From Candidatus Latescibacterota bacterium (GTDB lineage: Bacteria; Latescibacterota; UBA2968; UBA8231): a stretch of 64,000 nt of DNA. The position numbers were made by a program, and so were the translations under genes. The notes beneath the pieces are model-generated. The model did not search any database. It worked only from the letters and a program-made list of their open reading frames with translations, and was not told the DNA's origin. Shown here piece after piece: positions 1-9,666 of this stretch (its first letter is position 1; each line of letters starts with the position of its first letter). Location of the stretch: the NCBI GenBank assembly GCA_965248355.1, contig OZ252098.1, positions 2,528,001-2,592,000 of the forward strand. The letters run 5' to 3'.

Positions 1-1671
1 CTGATTGATCCCCCCGGAGCGGTACCCCCGGGATACGGCGGCGTAGAGGTTGCGGTCCGGCGCCGGGCGCCAGGCCAGGGCCAGCTTGCCGCCGGGCAGC
101 CACTGGGTGACGTCGAGCTCCACCTGTTCGGCGGCGGCGTTGGTGACACCCTCGTACGACGTGGCGTTGCGGTCGACGCGGGCGTTGAGGGTCAGCTGCC
201 AGCGGCGGGACAGCTCCCGGCCGTACTGGCCGTAGAAGGCGAGATCGTCGATCTCGAACCGGCTCTGCAGGTCAGAGGCCTCGCCGCCGAAGAGGTAGCC
301 GGCGGCATCGTCCTCTTCCGTCAATGATTTCAGGTAGGCGCCGGCCACCAGGCCGCCCCTTCCACCGGCGTCCTCCTTCCTCAGCCTGACCTCCTGGGTG
401 AAGGTGGTGCGGTCGCGGAGGTTGCGGTCGAAGAAGTCGTAGCTCCAGCCCTGCTCCTCGGGATCGAAGCCGTACGGTTCCCGCTTCCAGAACTCGTCGT
501 TGCCCCAGTCGCCGTCGTAGCTGTGCTGCAGCTCGGTGCGCGCGAAGGCGGTGATCGAAACCAGCTCGACCCCCACAGGCGGCAAGGGCACCCCGGCCCG
601 CAGGGAGAGGGCGTCGGTCGTCTGGCTGTCCTTGCCCCGGCTGTCGGAGTAGGTCACCAGGTCCTCGTTGTTGTCCGGCGCCCAGGCGTCGTAGCCGTTG
701 TCGAGGTGGGCGCGGAAGACCGTGCCCACCAGGCGCAGACCGGCGTCGTTCTCGTAGCGCACCTTCGCCCGCGCCAGGCTCTCCCTGCGGCCATTGGAGT
801 CGTCGATGCCGAGGTGCCGGTTCTCCCGGAAGCCGTTCGACCGCCCGGAGCTGTACCCGACCCGCGCCGCCCACCGGTCGCCCGCCGGCAGATTCAGGGT
901 GCCGGCGTAGCGCAGCAGGCCGTCGCCGCCGGCCGACAGGGCCGCCTCCCGGGACGCGGTCCCGGCGGGATCGGCCGATCTCAGGTTGATGAGGCCGGCC
1001 ATGGCGTTCGGCCCGAAGAGGGTCGACTGGGGGCCCTTGAAGACCTCGGCCTGGTCGAGGTCGTGCAGCAGTCCCGCCATGCCGAGGCCGCTCAGGTCGA
1101 CGTCGTCCATGACGAACCCCACGGAGAAGCTGGGCGGCCCCTCACCGGCGTAATGGCTGCGCTCGCCGATGCCCCGGATCTGGAAGTAGCGCGGTCTCGA
1201 GGTGCCGCCGGCCCAGTTGAGATTGGCGATGGCCGGGATCAACTCGTGCAGATGATCGCTGCCGGAACCGGCCAGGCGGCCCCGGTCGAGGACGGTCACC
1301 GAGGAGGCCACTTCGGCCAGGACCTGCTCGATCAGTCCGCCGGTGACCACCGTCTCGGGCCCGGGCAGGGCCACCGGAACGAGCCGCACCGTGAGGACCT
1401 GCACCGTTCCCGGCCCGGCGCGCAGGACCACCGGCTCGTACCCGATATGGCTGACAATGGCCGAGTCACCCGCGGCCAGGGACAACTCGAAGCGGCCCCG
1501 GGCGTCGGTGGTGACCAGGAGGTCTCCACGGGTCAGGTTGGCGCCCGCTACAGGCCTGCCGGTGGTCGCGTCGACGAGGGTGCCGCGGACGGTCTCCGCC
1601 GAGGCGACCGAGGCGGCGGCGAGAAGGACGATCAACGCCGTAGCGGCGCGGAGGGGAATCGCGTTGCGCAT
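1..1671 (-). CDS. TonB-dependent receptor, probably for thiamine or a precursor; runs off the window start
   Basis: Manual minus-strand translation from ATG 1671: signal peptide MRNAIPLRAATALIVLLAAASVASA, N-terminal accessory domain, plug motif VFKGPQSTLFGPNAMAGLINL. TPP riboswitch directly upstream. Confidence 0.85.
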   Translation of the reverse strand, partial: MRNAIPLRAATALIVLLAAASVASAETVRGTLVDATTGRPVAGANLTRGDLLVTTDARGRFELSLAAGDSAIVSHIGYEPVVLRAGPGTVQVLTVRLVPVALPGPETVVTGGLIEQVLAEVASSVTVLDRGRLAGSGSDHLHELIPAIANLNWAGGTSRPRYFQIRGIGERSHYAGEGPPSFSVGFVMDDVDLSGLGMAGLLHDLDQAEVFKGPQSTLFGPNAMAGLINLRSADPAGTASREAALSAGGDGLLRYAGTLNLPAGDRWAARVGYSSGRSNGFRENRHLGIDDSNGRRESLARAKVRYENDAGLRLVGTVFRAHLDNGYDAWAPDNNEDLVTYSDSRGKDSQTTDALSLRAGVPLPPVGVELVSITAFARTELQHSYDGDWGNDEFWKREPYGFDPEEQGWSYDFFDRNLRDRTTFTQEVRLRKEDAGGRGGLVAGAYLKSLTEEDDAAGYLFGGEASDLQSRFEIDDLAFYGQYGRELSRRWQLTLNARVDRNATSYEGVTNAAAEQVELDVTQWLPGGKLALAWRPAPDRNLYAAVSRGYRSGGINQ

Positions 1672-1720
1672 GAGAAAGGCCGCTTTCTCCAGGTACGGGA
1701 AAACGGCCAGTCCAGCGCTC

Positions 1721-1805
1721 GTCCGTTTCCCTGCGCTGGAATGATCCAGGTCAGGTTCGAAGGGTTTCTGATCTCAGGCCGGAGCACCGGCCACCCCCAA
1801 CGGAT
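1721..1805 (-). ncRNA. TPP (thiamine pyrophosphate) riboswitch
   Basis: Minus strand reads CCGTTGGGGGTG...CTGAGA...ACCCTTCGAACCTGACCTGGATCATTCCAGCGCAGGGAAACGG, matching the THI-box core with a CCGTT/AACGG P1 stem, about 50 nt upstream of the receptor ATG. Confidence 0.92.
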
Positions 1806-1965
1806 GTCGTCGATCCAAGGTAAGCGGGCGGTGGGGAGGAGGCAATGGGCTCCCGCGCCCTCTCCGCCTCCGATTGGTGCGCCTGGGGTAGATGCCTAGT
1901 TTACCTCGGCTCATGTCTCCGGCCCGCGAACATACCCCCCGCTCCGGCCCGCCCTGGCTGACCTT

Positions 1966-2286
1966 GTGACCTCCTGGCGCGCCCCGGCCGTGATGCTGCT
2001 GTGCGTCGCCGGCCTCTACGCCTTGGTCCGGCCGTGGTTGGTCGAGAGCCTCGGCCCGGCCACCAGCCTGGCCTTGGTCGTCGCCGCCGGCCTGCTGGGC
2101 GGCATCGGCGCCGCCGGGTGGCAGGCCCACCGCCGGCGCTACTCCTGTCCCGGCTGCGGGCACCTCTTCAGCGCCTCGACCGTGCGCCATCTGCTGAGCC
2201 AGGACTGGTTCGGAGGGTTGCGCTGCCGCTGTCCGTCCTGCGGGCAGGTCGAGGGGTGCCAGCCGGTGGGGACCAGCGCGGGCTGA
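1966..2286 (+). CDS. Small membrane protein with C-terminal zinc ribbon
   Basis: Two hydrophobic segments, then CPGCG...CPSCG. Confidence 0.65.
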   Translation: MTSWRAPAVMLLCVAGLYALVRPWLVESLGPATSLALVVAAGLLGGIGAAGWQAHRRRYSCPGCGHLFSASTVRHLLSQDWFGGLRCRCPSCGQVEGCQPVGTSAG

Positions 2287-2290
2287 CGGT

Positions 2291-5200
2291 TCAGGTTCCG
2301 CTCAGCCTCTCCAGGGCGGCCGCCACCTCCCGCCGGCGGCGCTCGATCGGCGCCGGGTCCTTCGTGAACCGGGTCATGGAGACGCTGATCTCCGGCGGCA
2401 CCTCCAGCAGCGCTTCGAACCGGCGGCGCTCTTCCCCGGTCAGCTCCGGCCCGGAGCGCAGGGCCCGCCTCAACATGGCCAGGTACTCGTAGTCCTCGAT
2501 GCCGTCGCGCAGCATCTCCCAGCGGATGCTCTCCACCGGGCCGGCCCGCACCGGCGATTCTCCGAGGGCTCCCGGCGGCGGGTAGAGGAAGCGGCCGTCG
2601 CCGTTGCCCCACGGGCGCCGCGCCCCCTCGGCCCCGACGCGCAGGGACATCCAGCTCATGGGGTCCTCGTACGGGTCCTGGAGCCCGCCGGGATAGGCGG
2701 CCTCGCTCGTCCAGTAGTTGGTGGCCCACACCAGGATCCCGTCGACGCCGGCCTGCCAGGTCTGCCACAGCCACACCCGGAGGTCGATCCCGGAGCGGTC
2801 GATGAACAGGCCGGGATAGGGGGCCTTGGGCACCGTGCACAGATACCACCAGAACCGCTCTCCCGCCTCCCGGCGCGGAGCGGCGGCCCCGGCGTCGAAG
2901 CGGCTCGCCAGCGGGCACCACAGGTCGGGGCCGCCCACCAGCTCCGGCTCGACCTGCTCGGTCAGCATGCGCCGCAGGCCGGGAGCGGCGGACGCCAGCC
3001 GGCGGAAGCCGTCCATCACGAAGGGGTAGTCCTTCGGCGCCGGCTCGTCGAACCAGTAGACGAAGGCCTCGTCCAGCCAGCCCTGGCGCCGCAGGTGGCG
3101 CTCCACGGCGGCGGCGTACCCGCGGAACAGGGCCTGGTACTGCGGCGTATCCGCCCCGTATCCCCGCAGCGCCGGCACCCGCCGCCGGTGATGGCTGCCG
3201 CCCCCCATGCCGGGCAGGCGCAGGCGGAAGGTGTTGAAGCCGTACTCCTCGATGGCCCGCGCCATGGCCGCGTCCCAGGCCGTGAAGTCGATGGCGGGCT
3301 CGATGACCTCTCCCTCCGCGACGACCCGGTCGGTCAGGTCCGGCCAGGTGATCTCGGGCGGATCCAGGGGCGCCGGATCGTAGGGGGAGAGATGATGGCG
3401 CGCGAAGCTCTCGAGATAGAGATCGAGCAGCTGCCGGCGGCCGGCCTCGTCGTCGACGCCGTGATAGCGCCAGAGGTTGCCGGCGGAGAACCCGAAGGCG
3501 GTCTCGCAGGTCATGCGGCCGGGCAGGTCGAAGCCGGAGACCTCGACGCGCAGCGGCACCCGGGCCTCGAAGCCCTCGGCCGTCAGCACCAGCGCTCCCT
3601 CGTAGGTCCCGCCGGGGGTCGCGGGCGGCACCGAGACGCGGATCCAGAAGGGCTGGTTGCGCCTCGCCGGCAGATCGAGGGCCGAGTCGACGGGGAGCAG
3701 GGGATCGGACCACGGCGCCGCTTCGCCGGCCATGTCCGTGGGCCGCCGCACCTCGACGTAGCCCACGCGCAGCACCTCGACCCGTTCCGCCGGGAGGCCC
3801 GCTCCTCCCGGGCCGGTGAGGCCGGTGGGCCGCAGGCGCAGCCCGCGCAGGGGGCGGTCCGGGCGCAGGACGAGCTGCGCCGCCTCGGTCTCGTTGCCGG
3901 CCGCCGCGATCACGAGAGCTTCCCCGCGCCGCGCCGGAGGAGCCCTCGTGCGCGACACCTTCCACCCGGAGGAGGCCCACCACACCGCCGGGTCCGCGCC
4001 CTCCGCGCTCAACAGCTCGCCGTACTCGTCGGCGTGCAGCACCGACAGGGTCAAATCGGCCTCGGCCCGCCAGAGGCCGTCCGCCTCGACCTGGAGATGC
4101 AGGACGCGGTCGCCGGTCCCCGTGATGCGGTAGGGTACGGCGAGCCGGTTCTCCCCCGGTTGCAGGTCCACCGGGCTCCAGCCCCCCTCCGGCGGCTCCT
4201 CCCCGAGATCGGCGACCACGGCGCGGATCAGGCCCGGCTGCGCTGCCGGTGAGCCACTGTGGACGAGCAGGCGGAGGGTGTCGGCCAGACCCGGCCGCAG
4301 CAGGCCCGGGTCCTCCACCCGGCCGCGGAGGGAGCCGGCCGGTCCGCCCTCCGCCACCAGGAGGGTGGAGCCCGCCGTCTCCGGAGCGGGCCCGTCGAGA
4401 CGGGCCTCGTATCCGTAGTCGTCCACCTGGAAGGCGCCCTTCCCCTCATCGGCGGCGCGCAGGCGGACCCCAACGTCGGCGGCCGGCAACAGCGAGTCGG
4501 GCACGTCGAAGGAGGCGCTGGTGACCCGGGACACCTCCCCGAGAGTCGACCAGCCGTCCCCGGTGGAGACCTCGACGAGCAGGCGGCCCCCGGTGTGGTG
4601 GTTGACGTTGACGCGGATCCGGGCCGCCAGCTGCCGGAAGCCGCCCACCTGGTGCCGGAAGGCGACGCGCTGACCGGGGCCGAAAACCCAGCGGAAGGTG
4701 TTGAAGCCGGCGTCGTGGGCTTCCAGGGGCCGGCTGATGTTGGCCAGGGGCGTGTGCTGGGGGGAGTGGAAGACGTACCGTCCCGCCTCGATCCGCTCCC
4801 CCCGGCCGAGCCGCAGGCCCTCCCCGACCCGGCGGTGCACGGCCCGCACCCGGTGCAGCTCGACGTCGTCGAAGGCGACGGCGCCGCGCAGCCGCCAGTG
4901 GCCGAAGCGCAGCCAGCGGTCGGGGTTCGCGTCGGCGGGGGCGGCGAAGCTGGAGCTGAATCGCCGCCACTCGAAGCCGGGGTCGCCCAGGTCCCGGTAG
5001 GCGAAGGCGGCTCCCGCCATGGCGCGGCCTCCGACGTCACCTTCCAGGCGCCGGGACCGGAAGCGCAGGCGGTAGAGGCCGCCGGCCTCGAAGGCCACCG
5101 GATCGGAGCGCCACCAGGCCGACTGCGCGCCGCCACCGCGCACGGCGATGGCGGGATCGCCGTCGACCGGCCCCCACTCTCCCTCGCCCCGCAGGCTCCA

Positions 5201-5311
5201 GCCGGCCGGCAGCGAGTCCCCCCGGGCAAAGGTCGGGTTGGGCACGACCTCGGCCTGCGCGCCGGCCAGCCATCCCGCACAGAGGGCGAGGGCGATTCGG
5301 TGCGTTTGCAC
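2291..5311 (-). CDS. Secreted DUF4091/GH123-like glycoside hydrolase with long N-terminal beta-rich (CBM-like) region
   Basis: Likely GTG start at 5311 with signal peptide. Motifs AAGNETEAAQL, YWFDEP, WWYLC, GNGDGRFLYP, SIRWEMLRDGIEDYEYL. Confidence 0.75.
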   Translation of the reverse strand: MQTHRIALALCAGWLAGAQAEVVPNPTFARGDSLPAGWSLRGEGEWGPVDGDPAIAVRGGGAQSAWWRSDPVAFEAGGLYRLRFRSRRLEGDVGGRAMAGAAFAYRDLGDPGFEWRRFSSSFAAPADANPDRWLRFGHWRLRGAVAFDDVELHRVRAVHRRVGEGLRLGRGERIEAGRYVFHSPQHTPLANISRPLEAHDAGFNTFRWVFGPGQRVAFRHQVGGFRQLAARIRVNVNHHTGGRLLVEVSTGDGWSTLGEVSRVTSASFDVPDSLLPAADVGVRLRAADEGKGAFQVDDYGYEARLDGPAPETAGSTLLVAEGGPAGSLRGRVEDPGLLRPGLADTLRLLVHSGSPAAQPGLIRAVVADLGEEPPEGGWSPVDLQPGENRLAVPYRITGTGDRVLHLQVEADGLWRAEADLTLSVLHADEYGELLSAEGADPAVWWASSGWKVSRTRAPPARRGEALVIAAAGNETEAAQLVLRPDRPLRGLRLRPTGLTGPGGAGLPAERVEVLRVGYVEVRRPTDMAGEAAPWSDPLLPVDSALDLPARRNQPFWIRVSVPPATPGGTYEGALVLTAEGFEARVPLRVEVSGFDLPGRMTCETAFGFSAGNLWRYHGVDDEAGRRQLLDLYLESFARHHLSPYDPAPLDPPEITWPDLTDRVVAEGEVIEPAIDFTAWDAAMARAIEEYGFNTFRLRLPGMGGGSHHRRRVPALRGYGADTPQYQALFRGYAAAVERHLRRQGWLDEAFVYWFDEPAPKDYPFVMDGFRRLASAAPGLRRMLTEQVEPELVGGPDLWCPLASRFDAGAAAPRREAGERFWWYLCTVPKAPYPGLFIDRSGIDLRVWLWQTWQAGVDGILVWATNYWTSEAAYPGGLQDPYEDPMSWMSLRVGAEGARRPWGNGDGRFLYPPPGALGESPVRAGPVESIRWEMLRDGIEDYEYLAMLRRALRSGPELTGEERRRFEALLEVPPEISVSMTRFTKDPAPIERRRREVAAALERLSGT

Positions 5312-5369
5312 GGGAAGCGACTCCGGGGAACTCTTGCGAGGGCTGCGTCGCCGGGCGAATCTAACCGCC

Positions 5370-6488
5370 GTGAACCGCGTCGAGAAACTCCACATCGGCA
5401 TCGCCGGCGCCTGCGCCCGGGGACGGTCCTTCCTGTCCGCCCTCTCCGCCCGGGAGTCGGTGGCCTGCGTCGCCGCCGTTTGCGACACCGACGCCGAGGG
5501 CCTGCGGCCGGTCCGCGCCCTGAGCGGCGCCGAGCACGCCTTCACCCGCTTCGACGACCTGCTCTCCTGCGGCGGCCTTGACGCCGTCGTGGTGGCCACG
5601 CCCATGCACCTTCACGCCGGGCAGTCCGTCGCCGCCCTCGAGGCGGGGCTGCACGTGCTCAGCGAGGTCACGGCGGCCGTCGACCTCGAGCAGTGCCGGC
5701 GCCTGGTCCTGGCCGCCCAGCGCTCGCCCGGCCTCTACATGATGGCCGAGAACTGCAACTACACGGTGCCGAACCTGGTGGTGGCCGCCCTCGTCGACCA
5801 CGGCCTCTTCGGCACGACCTACTTCGCCGACGGGGAGTACCTTCACGAGTTGAAGGCCCGGAACGAGAGCACGCCCTGGCGGCGGCGCTGGCAGACCGGC
5901 GTCGACGGGATCACCTACGGCACCCACTGCCTCGGGCCGATCCTGCGGTGGCTGCCGGGGCGGATCACGGAGGTCTGCTGCGCCGGAAGCGGCCATCACC
6001 ATCGCGACCCACGGGGGGAGGCCTACCATCAGGACACCCACGTCATGCTCGGCCGGATCTCCGGCGGGGGGCTGGTCAAGGTGCGCGTCGACATGCTCTC
6101 CGACCGCCCCAGCGTGACCACCACCTACCAGCTCCAGGGGACGGACGGCTGCTACGAGTCGGCCCGCGCCCCGGGGGAGCGGCACCGCCTGTGGCTGCGG
6201 GAGCGCTCGCCGGACGAGGGCGCCTGGCTCGACCTGGAGGACCTGGTGGACGAGTTCCTGCCGGCGCGCTGGCGCGGCACCCTCGATGACAGGCACGGCC
6301 ACGGCGGCAGCGACGCCCGCGTGCTCTGCGCCTTCGTCGACGCCGTGCGCGGCGAGGCTCCGGCCGGGCCGGGCGTGCACGAGGCCATGGACCAGACCCT
6401 GCCCGGCCTGGTCAGCCAGGCGTCCATGGGCGCCGGCGGCGCCTGGCAGCCGGTGCCCGACAGCCGCGGCTGGACGGGACCGTCATGA
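5370..6488 (+). CDS. Gfo/Idh/MocA family oxidoreductase
   Basis: Rossmann N-terminus, DAVVVATPMHLH, HVLSEV, MMAENCNY, GHGGSD. Confidence 0.9.
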   Translation: MNRVEKLHIGIAGACARGRSFLSALSARESVACVAAVCDTDAEGLRPVRALSGAEHAFTRFDDLLSCGGLDAVVVATPMHLHAGQSVAALEAGLHVLSEVTAAVDLEQCRRLVLAAQRSPGLYMMAENCNYTVPNLVVAALVDHGLFGTTYFADGEYLHELKARNESTPWRRRWQTGVDGITYGTHCLGPILRWLPGRITEVCCAGSGHHHRDPRGEAYHQDTHVMLGRISGGGLVKVRVDMLSDRPSVTTTYQLQGTDGCYESARAPGERHRLWLRERSPDEGAWLDLEDLVDEFLPARWRGTLDDRHGHGGSDARVLCAFVDAVRGEAPAGPGVHEAMDQTLPGLVSQASMGAGGAWQPVPDSRGWTGPS

Positions 6489-7063
6489 GCCGCGTCCCCC
6501 AGCTGCTGATGCGCCGGCCCCATCTGCGGGACGTGCCGGCCGTGGTCCTGCCCGAGGGATATGAGCTGCGGCCCTTCCGGGCCGGGGACGAGACCGGCTG
6601 GAACGCGTTGATGGACCTGGCCTTCGAGCGCCGGCCCGGGCAGTCCGACTTCACCCGGGAGATGGCCGCCGACGACGCCTACCGGCCGGAGCGGGTGAAG
6701 CTCATCCTCGACCGGACGGAAAGCATCGTGGCCACCGCCTCCTGCTGGCTCCTGCCCCGCTTCGGCGACGAGGCGGCCATGCTGCACTGGGTGGCCCGCC
6801 ATCCCGGTCACGGCGGCCGGCGCCTCGGCAGCGTGGTATCGCTGGCGGTCCTGCACCAGGCCATCGCCGAGGGCCTCCTCCGGGCCTTCCTGCTCACCGA
6901 CGACTTCCGAGTGCCGGCCCTCCGGATCTACCTGCGCATGGGGTTCGACCCCGTGATCACCCACGGGAGCCACCCCGGGCGCTGGCGCCGGATCCTGGAG
7001 GAGCTGGACTGGCCCGAGCGCTTCGAGCCGATCCTGCGAGGTCCGCGGGAAGACCACGGATAG
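6485..7063 (+). CDS. GNAT N-acetyltransferase
   Basis: WVARHPGHGGRRLG acetyl-CoA motif; TDDFRVPALRIYLRMGF; overlaps upstream stop. Confidence 0.85.
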   Translation: MSRVPQLLMRRPHLRDVPAVVLPEGYELRPFRAGDETGWNALMDLAFERRPGQSDFTREMAADDAYRPERVKLILDRTESIVATASCWLLPRFGDEAAMLHWVARHPGHGGRRLGSVVSLAVLHQAIAEGLLRAFLLTDDFRVPALRIYLRMGFDPVITHGSHPGRWRRILEELDWPERFEPILRGPREDHG

Positions 7064-7069
7064 GGGCGG

Positions 7070-8086
7070 GTGGACTCCCTCTCCCAGGCCGCCCTCGGGG
7101 CCGCCGTCGGAAACGCCGTCGCCGGCCGGCGCGCCGGACGCAAGGCGGCCGCCTGGGGCGCGGCCCTGGCGACGCTGCCCGATCTCGACGTCTTCGTCCC
7201 CCTGGCCGACGACGTCATCGAGTTCACCGCCCACCGCTCGGTGACCCACTCCCTGCTGGTCATGGCCGCCGCCGCGCCGCTCCTGGTGTGGGTCCTGGGC
7301 CGGCTGCACCCCCAAGTGCGGCGCGACCGCCGGCGCTGGTTGGCGCTCGTGCTCGCCTGTCTGTGGACCCACGCCCTGCTCGACGCCTTCACCGCCTACG
7401 GCACCCAGCTGCTGTGGCCGCTGCCGGTGACCCCGGTCGCCTGGTCGACGATCTTCATCATCGATCCCGCCTACACCCTGCCGCTGCTGGCCGGAGCGGT
7501 CATCGCCCTGGTGCGGCGCGACCGGCTGGGGGACCGCTGCAACGCGGCGGGCCTCTGTCTGAGCACGGCCTACCTGCTGTGGACGGTCGCGGCCCAGGAC
7601 CACGTGGAGGAGCTGGGGGCCCGGGCGGCGGTGGCCCGCGGCGCCGAGGTGGAACGCATCCTGGCCACGCCCACCCCCTTCAACAGCCTCCTGTGGCGGA
7701 TCCTGGTCATGACGCCGGAAGGGGACTACCTGGAGGGCTTCCACTCCCTGGCCGACGGCTACGACCGGCCGCCGGCCCTGCGCCGCCACCCCGGCCATCG
7801 CCGGCTGCTGGAGCCCCTCTCCCGCACCTGGGCGGTGCAGCGCCTGCAGTGGTTCACGGACGGGTACTACGCCGCGCGCCAGCAGGGGCTGCGGGTTCTG
7901 CTCGTCGATCTGCGAATGGGCCTGGAACCGTTCTACGCGTTCCAGTTCGTGGTGGGGAAAATCGCCGGCGGGTGGGCGGTGCCGGTGGACGCGGTGCGGG
8001 CGGGTGGGCCGGGCTCTTCGCGGGACCAACTCGCCTGGGTGTGGCGCCGCATCCTGGACGCGGATGCGGCCTGGAGACCCCTCTAG
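7070..8086 (+). CDS. Membrane-bound metal-dependent hydrolase (YdjM-like)
   Basis: MDSLSQ, PDLD, HRSVTHSL, THALLDAFTAYGT. Confidence 0.85.
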   Translation: MDSLSQAALGAAVGNAVAGRRAGRKAAAWGAALATLPDLDVFVPLADDVIEFTAHRSVTHSLLVMAAAAPLLVWVLGRLHPQVRRDRRRWLALVLACLWTHALLDAFTAYGTQLLWPLPVTPVAWSTIFIIDPAYTLPLLAGAVIALVRRDRLGDRCNAAGLCLSTAYLLWTVAAQDHVEELGARAAVARGAEVERILATPTPFNSLLWRILVMTPEGDYLEGFHSLADGYDRPPALRRHPGHRRLLEPLSRTWAVQRLQWFTDGYYAARQQGLRVLLVDLRMGLEPFYAFQFVVGKIAGGWAVPVDAVRAGGPGSSRDQLAWVWRRILDADAAWRPL

Positions 8087-8880
8087 GTCTCCTCTCCGGC
8101 CACGGCGACGGTCTCGATCTGGAGGTCCTTGCGCAGCTGAATGCGCTCGACCTGGCCGTCGCTGATCTGCACCACGCGGTCGGAGACGCTGAGCATCTTG
8201 TGGTCGTGGGTCGCCGAGATGACGGTGACGCCGAAGCTCTTGTTCATCTGACGCAGCAACTCGATGATCTCGGTGCCCGTGCGCAGATCGAGGTTGGCCG
8301 TTGGCTCGTCGGCCAGCACCACCGCCGGGTCGTTGGCCAGGGCCCGGGCCACGGCGACCCGCTGCTGCTGCCCGCCCGACAGCTCGAAAGGCTTGTGGGA
8401 GTAGCGCTCGCCGAGACCGACCTTGCCGAGCAGACTCATCCCCTTGTCGCGCGACTCGTCGCTCGTCAGCCCGGCGAAGACCATGGGCAGGGTCACGTTC
8501 TCCAGGGCCGTCATCACCGGGATCAGATTGAAGGACTGGAAGATGTAGCCGATCTTGCGGCACCGCAGCCAGGCCAGCTCGTAGGCGTCGAGTTGGGCCA
8601 CGTCGACCTCGTCGATGTAGACCTTGCCCTCCGTGGGCTTGTCGAGGCCGCCCACCATGTTGAAGAAGGTGCTCTTGCCCGAGCCCGAGGGACCCATGAT
8701 CGACAGGTACTCGCCCGCGTAGATCTCGAGGTCGACGCCGCGCAGGGCGTGGACTTCGGTATCGCCCATCTGGTAGATCTTCTTGACGCCCTGAGTGCGC
8801 ACCACGGTGCGCTTTTCCTCGTCGCCCCCGTGGAGCTCCTCGGCCGCCGCCGCGGCCGGTGCTTCCGTTGTCTCTGTCAT
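8083..8880 (-). CDS. ABC transporter ATP-binding protein (LolD/MacB type)
   Basis: [28 protein letters not shown]. Confidence 0.95.
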   Translation of the reverse strand: MTETTEAPAAAAAEELHGGDEEKRTVVRTQGVKKIYQMGDTEVHALRGVDLEIYAGEYLSIMGPSGSGKSTFFNMVGGLDKPTEGKVYIDEVDVAQLDAYELAWLRCRKIGYIFQSFNLIPVMTALENVTLPMVFAGLTSDESRDKGMSLLGKVGLGERYSHKPFELSGGQQQRVAVARALANDPAVVLADEPTANLDLRTGTEIIELLRQMNKSFGVTVISATHDHKMLSVSDRVVQISDGQVERIQLRKDLQIETVAVAGEET

Positions 8881-8896
8881 GCTCTGCCGCCTGTTC

Positions 8897-9601
8897 TCAG
8901 GTGTCGGTGCGCATCGCTTCGACTGGTTCCATCTTGGCGGCCTTGTACGCCGGGAGCATGGCGCCCACCAGGGACAGCAAGGTGCCGGAGACGCTCGCCG
9001 CGAGGGCCGATTTGAGGAGGCCCGCGACCGGGAAGTAGTCGAAGACGAACCCGCCGTAGTCGATGAGGGCCAGGGTGAGGGTCATCGACAGCCCGAGGAC
9101 GATCCCCACGACCGTGCCGGCGGCCCCCTGGAAGGTCGATTCCAGCAGGAAGAGCTTGATGATGAAGGAGTCGAGGGCGCCGAGGCACTTCATGGTGCCG
9201 ATCTCGCGGAAGCGCTCGGTCACCGACATGAGCATGGCGTTGGCGATGCCGACGACGCAGACCAGCAGGGACAGGCTGATCAGCCAGGCCTGCTTGGACC
9301 GCTCCTCCTCGAGGCGGGCCATGGCTTCGCCGGAGGCGGCCGCCTCGCCCTCGGCGGCCACGGTCTCGATCCCGTTCTTCTGCAGCAGCAGGTTGATGTC
9401 GCTCTTGTTGGCCGCCCGCAGGCTGCCGATGATCTCGTTGCTGCTCCACACGGACATCAGGAAGGCGATGGCCAGGATGATGCCGCTGGTGGTGATCAGG
9501 GAGCGGCCGAAACGGATCCTCAGGCTCCGCAGACTGATCTCCAGGGCCTTGCTCATGGGCAGGGAGATCGTCCGCCCGCGCGCCAGTGCGTGTTCCGTCA
9601 T
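8897..9601 (-). CDS. FtsX-like ABC permease, short form
   Basis: GIANAMLMSVTERFREIGTMKCLGA; PAYKAAKMEPVEAMR. Confidence 0.9.
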   Translation of the reverse strand: MTEHALARGRTISLPMSKALEISLRSLRIRFGRSLITTSGIILAIAFLMSVWSSNEIIGSLRAANKSDINLLLQKNGIETVAAEGEAAASGEAMARLEEERSKQAWLISLSLLVCVVGIANAMLMSVTERFREIGTMKCLGALDSFIIKLFLLESTFQGAAGTVVGIVLGLSMTLTLALIDYGGFVFDYFPVAGLLKSALAASVSGTLLSLVGAMLPAYKAAKMEPVEAMRTDT

Positions 9602-9666
9602 CTCGTCCCCTCGGAGGTTGCCGCAAGACCTTTGGAATTACGACCCCGGAGAGGCGGCCATCAAGC

